64,000 nucleotides of DNA from Vicugna vicugna (GCA_013265495.1 MU062627.1:1384274-1448273); one strand, 5' to 3'; shown: positions 25,640 through 63,079, numbered from the stretch's first letter. Numbers and translations are program-made. Notes: generated by a model not told the origin, from the sequence alone.

Positions 25640-26200
25640 GACCATTGTGATTAAAGACAGTAGTAGCACTGTCTCTGCACCGGGAACAGAAACAGTCTCA
25701 CAGATGATATACAATTACAAATTGTGACAAACACTGTGACCCGAGAGAAGTCTGTGCTCTGAGAGAGAGAGCAGGGTGATCACAGGGTGGCCAGGGATCA
25801 AGAAAAGCCACGCAGAGGAAGTGAGAGACGAGTAGGAGCCAGCCAGGCAGAGGGCTGAGGGAGGAGCATTCCAGGCGGAGGATGGCTTCAGAACAAGACA
25901 GGAGAGCGGTGCACAGTCACAGTGGACAGGAGTGGCGGGGGGAGATGGAGACGGGCGTGGGATGGGGGACGGGGGCAGGGTCCTCCCTGCACCGCAGGAG
26001 GGAGTTTGGGTTGTACCCTAAGAGCAATGGAAGGGCACTGAAGGTTTCAAAACAGGGGCATGATGTGATCGTCTTGTGTTTTTAGAAGATCCGTCTGGCT
26101 ACTCTGTGACCAACAGATGGGTGAGTGGGAAGAGGTTAGGACACTAGACGTTCATCCACAAGTTGACGTTAGCTTGGGGGCAGGAGGGAAAGTGGACAGG
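25640..26200 (-). mobile_element. L2 LINE fragment (approximate)
   Basis: ggagtttgggttgtaccctaagagcaatggaagggcactgaaggtttcaaaacaggggcatgatgtgatc, a characteristic reverse-strand L2 phrase. Confidence 0.65.
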
Positions 26201-27201
26201 ATTGAATGTGGACAGCCTTGCTGGGTCTCTGGGGGATGCAGGGATGGGGCGGCCCCAGGACGTCCAGCCCCAGGTCGGGAGCCTGCTCCAGGGCTGAGAC
26301 ACATGTGCAGACACTGAACCCCACGCGGGCGTCCAGGGGAAGGCGGGATCCCGGGTCTGGGGGCTTGGGCGTGGGCGTGGGCCTGGTTTCAGCACAGCTT
26401 CTGAAAGGAGGTGACATCTGAGCGGGTCGCCCACGGCAGTGCCGGGTGAGTTTGAAGGTGCAGACATGGAAGGGCGGCCCCGGGAGAGGGGGCAGCAGAG
26501 CGAAAGCGGAGAGGTGGGAAGTGAAGGCCTGGAGGCAGAGGGACAGGCCGTAGAGCTTGCAGGGTTTGTGAAGGGCGTTCTGGGAAATAAGGCTGGACGA
26601 GTGACGGGCATCAGTGTAAGGAGAGGTCTGTGTGGCAGACTAGGCTAATAAACAGGGCCCCCAAAAAAGTGTAAGTAAAGTCTAGTTTACCTACAAAACC
26701 ACTTGGCTTTCCTAGGACATTGATTAAATGTGCTAGTTGAGTTTTAGGTATTTATTCTCTGGATGAGAGAACAGTACCTCTTCCCACATCACTGCTACCT
26801 GCAGGTCATTTGCCAATGATTTCTAACTTCTTTTCAGAATATAACCCATCCCCATGTACCGAGTATGGGTGCTGGGGATCATAGAGTAAAAAGGCGTGGG
26901 CCCAGCTCTCAAGGGGGTAAGAGTTTGGGCAGATGAGAAGAGAATGCCAACAAATAAACTTGTTTGGGAAGAAGTGGGACAGAGAAGGGGGTAGTTCTCT
27001 CTGCTACCTAGAGCGTGGAGCTAGATTTCAGACAGGTGGTGACATTTAACTGGGCTTTAAAGGATGAGTAGGAGTTTGCCAGGCAAAGAAGTGAGGTGGG
27101 AAGGCCTTCCAAACGCAGGGCATGGTCTGTGCAAAGGCACATGCTGGTCTTCTCAATTCCCACACCTTCAATCCTACGAGTGCTATAGAATGAACATTTT
27201 A

Positions 27202-27349
27202 TTTTTTAATTTCTTTTGTTTTGTTTGTTGGGGGAAGGTGATTAGGTTTATTTATTATTTTTTTAATTTAACAGAGGTACTGGGAGTTGAACCCATGACC
27301 TCGTGCATGCTAAGCATGCACTCTACCACTGAGCTATACCCTCCCCCCT
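27202..27349 (-). mobile_element. Young camelid SINE with intact TSD
   Basis: Near-consensus tRNA head; perfect 16-bp TSD TAGAATGAACATTTTA at 27186-27201 and 27350-27365. Confidence 0.93.
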
Positions 27350-27859
27350 TAGAATGAACATTTTAGTTGTATTTCCAGGCTTTTAGGGGAAGCTTGGTGA
27401 TAATTGACAAATGCTTTGCAGTTGCTACAGAACAAGAGTTGGCATCTAAGTATTTGACCCCCAGAAGCATGCACATTACCTAATATTAACAAGAAGTCAG
27501 GAGGTTAGTAAGTCAAATTGGTTATACCCTCCACTCCCTATTTTTCCCCTGGGAGGTTTTACTGATTTTTACTCTTCCAGGGCAATAGGGGAAGGAATCG
27601 TAAATCTGTGTTTTAGGCGGAGTAAACACATAAGTCATCAGTGAGATCCCTTGTCTCTTCAGTTTTTCACGGAAGGATGGGAGAAGTCAGAATTCACTGC
27701 CATAGTTGGCTCCTAACTTTCTCCTTTGCAGGAAATCAGTCCCCGCTGAGCTTCCTAACTGTTTACAAAAGTATCTCAGGCCAGATGGACACCCAAGACC
27801 ATCCTGTCTCAGAAATTTGTTGCCAATTTTAGCTCAAATAGGGCAAACCAAATAGATCA

Positions 27860-52976
<25,117 letters not shown>

Positions 52977-53124
52977 GAGGTTTCACAGGAAAAGGAAGCA
53001 CCACCACGTGCAAGACGCAGCACGGCTCTGCAGCATACTGCACAGACGTCACCGTGCTGAGGTGCTAGCTCGCCTACTTCTCCCGGCTAACACTTGACCC
53101 ATCAGACAATGACGTGAGATTCCC

Positions 53125-53310
53125 CTGGGGGCAGGGAGGGGTGGTGGCTGGAAGAGTCTGGAAGGGCATCAGGGAGCCCCGGGGGTGCTGATAATCTGCT
53201 TCCTGCTCTGAGTGCTGGCTACCAGATGGGTGCAGTTCGTGAAAATTCACCGAGTTGTACCCTGATAATTGGTACACTTCTCTGTATGTGATGCCTCAAT
53301 AAAAAATTTA
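53125..53310 (+). mobile_element. Old L1M 3' terminus in the NCF2 3' UTR
   Basis: gtgaaaattcaccgagttgtaccctgataattggtacacttctctgtatgtgatgcctcAATAAAaaattt resembles L1MB/L1MC 3' ends. Confidence 0.75.
53298..53303 (+). terminator. NCF2: Probable NCF2 polyadenylation signal AATAAA
   Basis: First AATAAA seen after the stop, about 320 nt downstream. Confidence 0.7.
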
Positions 53311-53702
53311 CAAAAACAAGACACCCCGAGTGCAGGCCCCAGACCTAAGTGTAAGTGCCCCTACTCCTGCACCATCACTGTCCCAGACACCCAGGGCCTG
53401 AGGGAACTTTAGGGGTGATTCAGAAGGTGTGCGCACACACACAATTTTTTTTTTTTTTTTTTTTAGTTAAAATCCTCAATGCTTAAACAGAACCTACACT
53501 GGGTTAGGTGCCCCCGGAACATAGCTGCTAACCCCACAGAGAAGTAAAATACTAGAATCCCAGGCCCTCATGCCTCCTCAGGGAGGGACATTTGTTCAGG
53601 GCTCAATACTGAATCCACGCCACTGACAGGTAAGTGCGCCCATCCTGTCAGATGACGTTTATAATACGTACTGTAACGATGTACATAATAGATTGCTACG
53701 GC

Positions 53703-56594
53703 TTTATTTTGGTTATCATTTACCCAAACTACCTGGTTTTTCAGGGTTACCTTGGGTAAAAGATTCCATTAAATACTAGACCTTCAAAGACGTGGCCGCA
53801 CTCCCCCTTTCTCTTACAGAATACACGAGGCATTGTGAACAGTGTGTCAAGGGTGTAGGTGCTTGTGGAAAGCAGAGCTAGGAAGTGAAGTGCAGGCTCA
53901 GTCAACATCAGGCGACAGGACAGCTGGTCGTCGTGCTGAACACGGACGGGCGGGCCGTGCCACTGGCTCCAGGCGCACCGCCAAGGCCCAGCGGGCTGCT
54001 GCTGGAAATTTGGGACACAACTCAAAGGAAACACAGCCCCAAAGCTAGGAACACTAGTTACTACCTCTGAGTTGCCTTATTAACAGCAACAAAGGGGATA
54101 AAAACGCTGGGTTAGCCCACCTGCATAAGCCATCTATTTATTAAAAGAATTTTGCCAGTTTCTACCCACCCCTTTCCACAGTCATGCACACTGGTTTAGA
54201 ATGCGACTAAAAGCAAAAACAACCCCGAAGTGTGTTCGATTCTTGACCATCTTTGCTTCCCCTAGATGACTCGTGAGCAGTTCAGGCTTTCATTTGGCTG
54301 GATTTTCTTTTAGGACAGAAGAACAACCTATACACAGGGCTGGTTGGAGAACGTGGTTTAATTAAAGGCAAAGCCGATTTCAGCAGCTGCAGGGCTTGCA
54401 CAGACAGACCGAAACAAAACAAAAAACAAAAACAGAAACAAAGCACAGAAGAAAGTTTACTACACAAAACCAGCTTCCAGTGAAGAGCCTCCTCTCCTCC
54501 CCACTGCTCCACGCTGAAGGCTGCAGGGCGAGGGCTCCCGCGCCGAGCGTCAGGGAGCATTCCACACACCGAATTCTCATGCAGAAACGGGGCTGTGGGT
54601 GGGACGTGGGCACTTCGGGGAGCGAGACGACGAACCTGGTCAGCCTGTCGAGGGCGCAAGAACCGGTGACAGTTCAAACACTGGAATGTCGCAGCTGCCT
54701 GAATGCAGAGCTCAAACACACGACGTGGGCGGAGGCGGCAGGGAAGGAGGCTCGGGAGGGAGGGAATGGGGGAGAGGTGGCACGGGGAAGGGGCTGGAGA
54801 GAAGCACAGAGGATTTCATGTTGCCATTGGGTGGGGGACTTCACCCATTCAGACCTTTCAAAAAACAAAACAAAAACAAAAAACCCAAACACCATGTCAA
54901 ACTAAAAGAGCAATCATGTAAGCACACGGGACTCCAACCGCTCTAGCAAGAGCAGTGAGTGTTCCCCTCGCCCCTTGTCACTGCCGGGGCTGCCCGGACT
55001 CCAGTGACGCCCGGGCTCCTGGATGTGCTTGGCTCTGCAGCCGCTCTCCAGCTGGGGTCCCACACTAACCCCACACACGCACACACCCCGCCCCTCCCCT
55101 GGGGGGCAGCTGGGCATGCGCACCTGCACACGGACACGCACACGTACACGAGAGACCTCCCAGGAAACAGACCCTACCACTAGCACAGCAACTGGACATT
55201 CATCAGATTGTTTCCATAATTTCCCCTTAAAATATTACTTTTCTAGGAAGTAACTATCAGAAATGCTGTCCTTCTGTTTCTACACAAGAACATTTTCAGT
55301 CCTCTTTCCTTCTAATAAATATCAAATAAAAGTTGATTTTCCTTTCTTTCGCCTTTTCCAGAAGGGACTTCGTTGCGCTTTCTTCTGTGCGGGACGCACA
55401 CGTGTCCGTGCTGCCCTGGGTCTCACTCTGGAGGCGGAGGCTGGGAGGCCGTGGCGGACGGCCCCTCGGCGGGCTCAGCAGACGCCACTGCTTCCTTTCT
55501 CTCAGACTGTCTTTGGGCCCCCCTCCTGGCCCCGTGCTGCTGCTCCCTGGCGAGATGTTGTACACATTAGGAGTAAACACAATTACCAGTACACAGCGTA
55601 GGGCAGAAAGGGGGATGGAGGTAGGGACAGCAGGAGGTGGGTGGTAGGTAGGATGGGGGCACAAAAACCAACCAAACGAAAAATAATCACACTGAAAGCT
55701 TCTACCTATTAAAATGTGTCAGGCCGCGAGTGGACTAGCCTGCCTTCCATAGACGGCTTGCTATGCTACCGTAAAATGTACAGGAATCGAAAACGTTCAT
55801 TTAAAATCCTACAGCAGTCGTCAGCTAGTCCAGACCAGCACCACCGCCCACGCTGCGTCCTCCACTGGGGCTCGAGCACCGACAGAGAGAGGGGTGCTTC
55901 CTGCTGGAGTCTCCAGGCCAGAGGAGGGCCCACCAGAACCTTCTGGGTGAAAGTGGAGGCCTCTGTCCTCTCCCTTCTGGAACACTCCCCTGGCGGAAGA
56001 GGTCAGTCCCCCCTCCGGTCACCGCCAGCCTCACACAGGAGCAGCGCATGGGGCTTTCCTTGCTACACACTGACTAGAAGCACGTCTGTGTATGGAAGAG
56101 TTCAGTGTGATGTTTCACTACTGAGAGTAATAACAATAATAAAAGATGTTCAGGAGTAATTTCAACTACATTCTCAGTCAGCAAAGCAATCATTAATGGA
56201 TTCCTATTTTATTCCCCAAAGAGGAAAAAAAGGACTGAGACGTTCCCACTGGCTTCTCCCATCTGCCTTCCCTTCTCAGCTTTCACTGCCCGTGTGGCTG
56301 GGGACATGCACGACGGAGAAGGGGGGAGGCGGTGATGTCAGGTAACTGAGTGAGACGAGCAGCAGCTCCTCCCCCTCCGCAAGGCCCCGGGGGACGGACA
56401 GTTCCTGGTGGTTTTTCTTTTTGTTGCACTGCGGACATTTCGTGCACACTCAGCGGGCTGGTGGACGCTTACACCCTCTCAACAGCAAGGAACAGAAAAG
56501 AGGGCTGCCACCTGCAGGGGACTGCGTGGGCCGGTCCTGCACGCCCAGCATGCCATGGTTTATGGAGCCTTCGTTCCCAGGGCTGCCCCTCGGC
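53703..56594 (-). other. SMG7: SMG7 long 3' UTR (end uncertain)
   Basis: Nearly repeat-free sequence after the TGA; minus-strand AATAAA candidates at 54137-54142 and 53703-53708. Confidence 0.6.
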
Positions 56595-56708
56595 TCAGTG
56601 TGGAGGGTTCATGGTGCCGTGTCCCCGCTGCTGCTTCTGCTTCTGCTGCATTAACAGCTGCTCCAGAGCGGAAGGTCCAGGATGCATCATGGAGCTGGAC
56701 CAGATAGA
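56595..56708 (-). CDS. SMG7: SMG7 last coding exon
   Basis: SIWSSSMMHPGPSALEQLLMQQKQKQQRGHGTMNPPH*; acceptor tttttcag. Confidence 0.96.
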   Translation of the reverse strand, partial: SIWSSSMMHPGPSALEQLLMQQKQKQQRGHGTMNPPH

Positions 56709-57328
56709 CTGAAAAACAGTCCAGAGCTTGTCAGCAGAGGTCAAGTGCCTGGTTGTCTGAAAGGGATTTCCTTTTTAATCCCAGCCAAACACAAAGGCAT
56801 TTATGTCCCAAGATTTCCCACCCCTAAAAAAATCCAGCTATGAGCAAAAGTTGTTGTAGACCAGGTCTCCCAGACTGACCAGTTCTCATGAAGATCATTT
56901 TAAACCAGAAAAGCTGAAAGGATGTTTCAAACGAAGTCTTTTTTTTTTTTTAACTAAAACTCAGCTCCATGTGAGACCACAGAGCATTTACTAGAAAGGT
57001 TTTAGGCAAACAACACATGTCTAAAATTAGATATCCTTCTTCTACTTATTCAGAAAAGGCTTAAGTAAAATATTCCAAGATGAGTCAGAATTTTCTTAAT
57101 CTTAGACTCCAGCTAAAGACTTCATGCCTGTCCCAAAGATACTGCTTCATCACTAGCAAATTCACAAATTAAAAAAAAAAATAGCAATCCTATTCAAGAA
57201 TTTTATAAGGCAGGTAAAGGTAAGGGAAGTGCCATGAATCAGTCAGTTCGAAGGGCTTTAGGAGTGAGACTAGCCCTGTGAACAGAAGCAGAGATGTCTC
57301 CTGTGGTTCTTGCTCCCGGCCCACTCAC

Positions 57329-57474
57329 CTTTAAGCTTTCCATGAGCACAGCAGAGGAATCCTCCATGGAGGGACCATGGCCTGCCCAGGAGCCACCCGG
57401 AGTGCTGGCCTGATGCCAACTGCTCTCAGAAGATGACGTTGCTGAGAGGTAATCAATGCCAAACCCCCCCATGG
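57329..57474 (-). CDS. SMG7: SMG7 exon
   Basis: A-MGGFGIDYLSATSSSESSWHQASTPGGSWAGHGPSMEDSSAVLMESLK; tcctag / gtgagt. Confidence 0.96.
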
Positions 57475-57576
57475 CTAGGAATGAAAAGAGATAAGAATAA
57501 CTCAAGATGACGTGCTACCAGTGTCAAATGCCCGAAGCCAGGGAAGGATCGCTAAGCAGTGAAGTCCGGACCTCAC

Positions 57577-57747
57577 CTGGCTTATCAGTTTTCCATCGAT
57601 CTGCAGTTCTCCTGTCCCTGTTATCTGGAGTCCCAATGGGTCCAAAATTGGAGAACGGGACAGAATTATGGTTGTGTGTTGGAGGGGAGCTCGGCAGGCT
57701 GCTTGGGTTCGAGGAATGAGGAGATTGGCTGGCTGGTGTTGAATGGT
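57577..57747 (-). CDS. SMG7: SMG7 exon
   Basis: D-HSTPASQSPHSSNPSSLPSSPPTHNHNSVPFSNFGPIGTPDNRDRRTADRWKTDKP; taatag / gtgagg. Confidence 0.96.
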
Positions 57748-58435
57748 CTATTAAAGAACAGCAATACAGGACATTAAATAGAGGAAGATGCTCCACAGAC
57801 ATCCCAAGAATGAAGGTTTCCTGTAGTTCTGATCCCTTGAATTCTGCTACAAATAACCATACAGCTTTGGGGGAAAGGCAAAACGAAGGCCCCAAAAGGG
57901 AGCCTGCCAGATGTGCTGTCTCACTGTACACATCTAAGGCACGCTCCTTGCCTTAAAACAGAACAGCAGACAATTTTTCCAAGTGCACGCACTGTTTTGG
58001 TATGCCTGTTTCAGGTAAGTATATACTCGTCTTCTCTGTCAGAAAGAACTGCCTAACCTTAAGAACTACCACTAATTTTTTCTAAAAAGTGCCAACTTTT
58101 CCTGCAAAGAACGAGTTATCTACAAATAAAACTAAAAAACAGCTGGAACCCTCTAGATAAAACCCCGTATCTTTCTCCCTTCACAACTCTGCTAGTTAAA
58201 CAGAGGATGCAGAGCAGCTTTTTTAGTGGCATTTATTATGTGAACCAGCTCATCAGGCATTCCCCCTCTATTTTCTTTCAGAAATTACTTTAAAAACAAA
58301 CAAAAAAACCCCAAATAGAAATGAACAAAACCCACCAAAGCACCAATATACTTATAATCTCAAAACCACACTCTCCCCTAATCAGTGTCCGTGCACGGGA
58401 GGCGTACGGCCTGCGGCGCAGAGACCAGGCAGCAC

Positions 58436-58595
58436 CTGAGCTGGCCGGGAGTGACGGCGACCACGGGGTTCCTTCAAACAGGGAGTACAGCGATGCTTCC
58501 TGCGGGGCCGCCGAGGGGCGCGGTTCCGCTTTGGAGCTAGTGGTGAGGCTTTTCCCATACACCTCGTTGAACACGCTGTTATTTGGGTATCTTTC
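58436..58595 (-). CDS. SMG7: SMG7 exon
   Basis: ERYPNNSVFNEVYGKSLTTSSKAEPRPSAAPQEASLYSLFEGTPWSPSLPASS; tttcag / gtgctg. Confidence 0.94.
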
Positions 58596-59098
58596 CTGAA
58601 AGAAAATAACCACCAAGTTAACAAACTCACACCTAAGAAGGAGATTTAAGAAAACGCAGTGTTCATGCTTATGGATGCTTGATACATCCTCAGCTTTTCT
58701 TAGCAAACAAACTTTTAAAGGCTTTTATTTCTGTTTCTTTCAGCTTTCCTATTTAATTCATTTCACCTTTGCTCCTCCCTCGCTCACCCTTTTGCTCTAT
58801 GTAAACCACCCTGATTAAAAAGTAGGAATAATTTTGGGGCTGAACAACAGAGCCCCCAAGGATTTTCACATTAATGAGAAGTTAAAGGGTTCACACTTAT
58901 ATAACACACAAGTTTCTAGTACACCTTCATCAGAGAGGGGAGGGCTGTGGGAGGGCGGGGAATAAAATCAAATACCTGGAAGATACCAATATACGTAAGA
59001 GAAAGAAAAGAGAAAAACAGGCACATTGCAACAGAGCAGGAGAGAAAACACCAGCCCACAATAAAAGCACAAAGCAGGATTTCCCACTGTTTACGCAC

Positions 59099-59179
59099 CT
59101 GATTGAGAGAGAATCCGGTGAGGGACAGAAAAGAGGATGAATGTGACATGAGCTCTGAGGGCTTCTCCAATAAGGATTT
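59099..59179 (-). CDS. SMG7: SMG7 exon
   Basis: KSLLEKPSELMSHSSSFLSLTGFSLNQ; acceptor gtgaag, donor gtgcgt. Confidence 0.92.
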
Positions 59180-61148
59180 CTTCACGGTCCCGGAAAAAAA
59201 GGTAGTTAAATTATGCCTTCCATTTTCTTCATATTAATTTTAAGACACCATACAACCGAAGTAAAGGACCACAATGTAATAAGCACACTTGTACTCACCT
59301 CTCCTGTACAATGTAATGTTCTGAAGATGAAAATGCAAATCTGTTAATACCGTGCCGCCAGCTAATAAGTGCCAGCTGCCACAGGCACGCCAGGGAGAAC
59401 GCTCCTTGATCGGTGCCTCTAGTCTCGCACAGAGACCCCGGCAGGAAGCAGACACACCTTGGCAACTGGCACTTCTGAGTGTCCACTAGGCAAGAACCTC
59501 AGGGATCCCTTTGTCAACAGTTCAGTTCGAAACATTCTCAAAACAAGATGCTGAACTGGTCTGGCACTGTTTTCTATCCAAATTTTTAAAACACTGACAT
59601 TAATGACTTTAAAGAAGCCTTTAAATCCACTTGACAACGGGTTTCTAAGCAGCTCTACCTGTGGTATGTACTAAATAGTCGCTAAAGTCAACCTCAGCCC
59701 TAAGAAAGCGACTAAATTAAAAAAAAAAAAGCTGACCCTCTGATGCTCGCTGTTACTGAATAGTTGGTCACAAAGCATTTATTAACACCTGCTACATGCA
59801 CGGCACTGTCACACGTGACATTACATCATTAACAATGTTAAATACAGGAAGGGCTACAGTCAAGGTTTTTTTTAAAACATGAAAAAAAAAAAACCCCACT
59901 AAAAAGCCCCCACTTCCCTCACACCCCTGCCACCCCCAGCTTATTCTACCACCATCTTCACTTCCAGCGTAAGGGCAAGCACGGCAGGGACGGAGGGATC
60001 AGGAAACCAGTGGACAGACAGGCGCCCCCCCAGCCCCTCAAGTCCCCCAGCAAAAAGGTAGCAAGAAAGAAAAGCAGCAAGAAACGCAGAGGCAGCAGGT
60101 GGCACCTGGGCTTCCTGCAGTCCCTGGGCGTTTGCGTGTCCAGGGGAGCTTTTATTTTTGCTAATTTGGGGGTGGGGGTGGGAGGTGTCTATGGCCACTC
60201 ACTCAGTAAAATTTTTTAAGAGAACTTCACGTGCCAGGGACAGCAGCTTCTGTCATGAGAGCCATTAAGCTTTTACTTCTCCTAATACTAAAATCAATGC
60301 ACTTTAATCTTATGAATGTATTTTTCCCCCTTGTGTTTATGGGGAAAAAACAGCAAAAAGGTGGAATTCAGATTTGTTTTATGATTTATTAAGATGGTGT
60401 GAAGGGAAGAGGGAAAAAAAACTCACAACACATCTTTCTTACAGTCCTCTACCTTCGTAAAATAAAACATGTAAACGGTGGCAGACTGGGTTACAGAAGA
60501 CTATTTTAAAAAGCTACCACTAATCAATTCTCAGACTTCATTTCCTGCCATTCTAGTTATTTGCCTCTGTGCTCACTCATTGACGGTCCTCCGGTGTTTG
60601 TAAACAGAATCCTCTTCATTCTCACTCATTCTGTTTATGAATCTGGCTCTGAATTTAGATCAGGGCTCTTAGTTTAACCCAACAGAAAAGAACCACATAC
60701 TGTTTGGTAAAACCATTCTAGAATCTTTTTATTCAGTAGAACATCTAGAACATTATTTCATTTCATACTCTGAGTACATGAGGAAAAATCTCACTGTTCC
60801 TAAGCAAGATTCAATGACACCCGGAGTTCCTGGATCCGGACGGCAGTGCCACCTGAAAGGAGAGCTAGTGCGCCAGCATCACATCGGTGTGTGAGCAGCT
60901 CAGCAGGGTGCTTTCTGGGGAACACGCATAACAAAGCTCTGGTTGAGATCTGGGGAAGCTATGGAGTCAGAAATGTTTTGCCATATTCTACCAACACTTG
61001 AAGGTTAGTCTGGGCAGTCAGGAAGTAAGTTTTAAAATTCTGTCAAGGAGGAAAGCCCTAGAAAGAAGACACCACCTTTATAAGGACTACAGAATCTCAG
61101 AAAAGCAGCTGGGTTAGAGCAAGAAGAAGAATCACGTCAAATACATAC

Positions 61149-61298
61149 AAAGAGGCTTCGTCCAGGAAGGGAGGCGAGAGGCCCCAGCAGAGCTGGGTAA
61201 AGATCAGGAGGGTTAGAAAAAATCAGCTCTTCCTCCTCCTCCAAGGCAGCCAGACTCTTTAACAGGTCCGGAGGGAGCAGAGGGGAGCCCTTGGGGTC
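61149..61298 (-). CDS. SMG7: SMG7 150-nt in-frame alternative (cassette) exon
   Basis: DPKGSPLLPPDLLKSLAALEEEEELIFSNPPDLYPALLGPLASLPGRSLF; cactag / gtatgt; absent from the ORF track; matches a recalled human SMG7 isoform insert. Confidence 0.88.
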
Positions 61299-62073
61299 CT
61301 AGTGACAGAAAGGATCACAGTGAGACGCTGTAAGACAAAGGCACAAAGGAGCAGTAGTACGATTAGGGGGATGAAGGCAACTTTAGTCCAGAAGGAAGAA
61401 GTGATGAACAGGGAGACAGCATTAAGCAAAGAGGAAGAGGCTCTGAAACCCCAAAGCACAGCGACACAAGGACAATGGCAGAGGACGGCCAAGGCAACAG
61501 AAAGCAGCCAGAACAGTGGCAAACACAGAGCAGGACAGGAAAGGGCAACGTGGGCAGTGAGTAAAGCAATGCAGCGGAGCAACGTGATCAGCACACCTTG
61601 TGCTAAAAACCAGAGAAACAGCTTTTTTGAAAGTTACAAACACACACCTGTTTCTCACGAATAAAAGGGTCAATAAAAGACAGCTCCACTATCAAACATA
61701 ACTGGCTGACTTGGTTCCCCTCAGAAAGCAATTTGCTCAAATATGCAGCAAACCTATTTTTAACTTAGATGATTCAGCCTGACTGCAAGGAGCTTTGCCT
61801 CAGAATTCTCTAACGCGCTATGTTAGAGACTTCTGCACGCTGTCTCTCTGCCAGACCAGCATCACAGTTCACAGTCAGGAACAGAACTCTCCAGCTGCCC
61901 CAAACCAGGCGCGGGGCGCCCCTGTGCAGGAGACCCAGTGCCGCGCTGCGCACCCAGCAGCACTCTGCAGCCTAATGGGTCGGAGCGACCTTTACAGACA
62001 CCTACTTGAGAGTCAAAAGACACGCAGCCCAGACCTATCTGCGGAGGGCCTGGTGACGGGAAAGGACACACAC

Positions 62074-62446
62074 CTCGAACGGCATCCCGGGCGCAGGGTC
62101 CTGCTCTGGACGGAAGGCTCCTGGGGACCGCTTGCCCCTGCGGTCCACGTTCGCTGGCTGCGCCATGACAGCCCTGTTGTCGGCCANNNNNNNNNNNNNN
62201 NNNNNNNNNNNNNNNNNNNNNNNNNNNNNNNNNNNNNNNNNNNNNNNNNNNNNNNNNNNNNNNNNNNNNNNNNNNNNNNNNNNNNNNNNNNNNNNNNNNN
62301 NNNNNNNNNNNNNNNNNNNNNNNNNNNNNNNNNNNNNNNNNNNNNNNNNNNNNNNNNNNNNNNNNNNNNNNNNNNNNNNNNNNNNNNNNNNNNNNNNNNN
62401 NNNNNNNNNNNNNNNNNNNNNNNNNNNNNNNNNNNNNNNNNNNNNN
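62074..62446 (-). CDS. SMG7: SMG7 exon, 5' two thirds lost in the N gap (upper boundary approximate)
   Basis: Visible part ADNRAVMAQPANVDRRGKRSPGAFRPEQDPAPGMPFE; donor gtgtgt; pyrimidine tract gtctcttttta just beyond the gap. Confidence 0.85.
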
Positions 62447-62447
62447 T
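62187..62447. other. Assembly gap (261 N)
   Basis: Run of n. Confidence 0.99.
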
Positions 62448-63079
62448 AAAAAAGAGACGCTTGTCACCAACGCGAGGATGAAACGCAATGCCACTTACAC
62501 TCAGTGCCCAGGAATCAGTGAGCCTCGGAGGCTTTGCCACCAACAGAGCTCTAGGCAACGCAGTTCCCTTTACCCTTCAGGCTTTCCAATACACAGAGCT
62601 TTCTGGGAACAGATTAAGGGCACTAAACTCATATTCTCTTTCAATTTCATTAGTTATGAGCCTTAATAAATGAGCGTGAGTGTGGTGCACGCGCACTTCC
62701 CCTGCTGCTTCAAGTGCTGTGGGGATGACAATGTTGAAGACTGGTTGAAGACTTAATAATCTCATCAAGATTATGACTCTATTCCCTTTCTTTAGTTTAG
62801 CTGTCTAATAGGAGAAATTATTTACAGAAAATCGTTTTCTATAAAGCTGACAAGCAGTAGCATCAAAGAACGGCAGTTAAGATCTATTATCCTTTACAAA
62901 AGTGAAACACTTGAACTTCCTCAACCAGCAAAGAGGAGACAAGTATTCCCATAGCCATTACAAGTCTAAGCGGGAAGCAGCTGCATCTTAACCAGCAGTC
63001 TTAGTCAACCCAACACTGAGCACGCCCAGCCTCCCTCCCGCCTCTCCTCAGCCGGGCAGCGCGCGAGACTGCACCTTAC

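Noticed and set aside
11501-27349. tRNA-like sequences with A and B boxes
   Set aside because: Each has an A-rich tail, some have TSDs, and none shows an intact acceptor stem; they are SINEs, not tRNA genes.
61302-61664. 120-aa Lys/Glu/Gln-rich ORF that looks coiled-coil-like
   Set aside because: It is the complement of the pyrimidine-rich SMG7 intron tract; the composition follows from purine skew.
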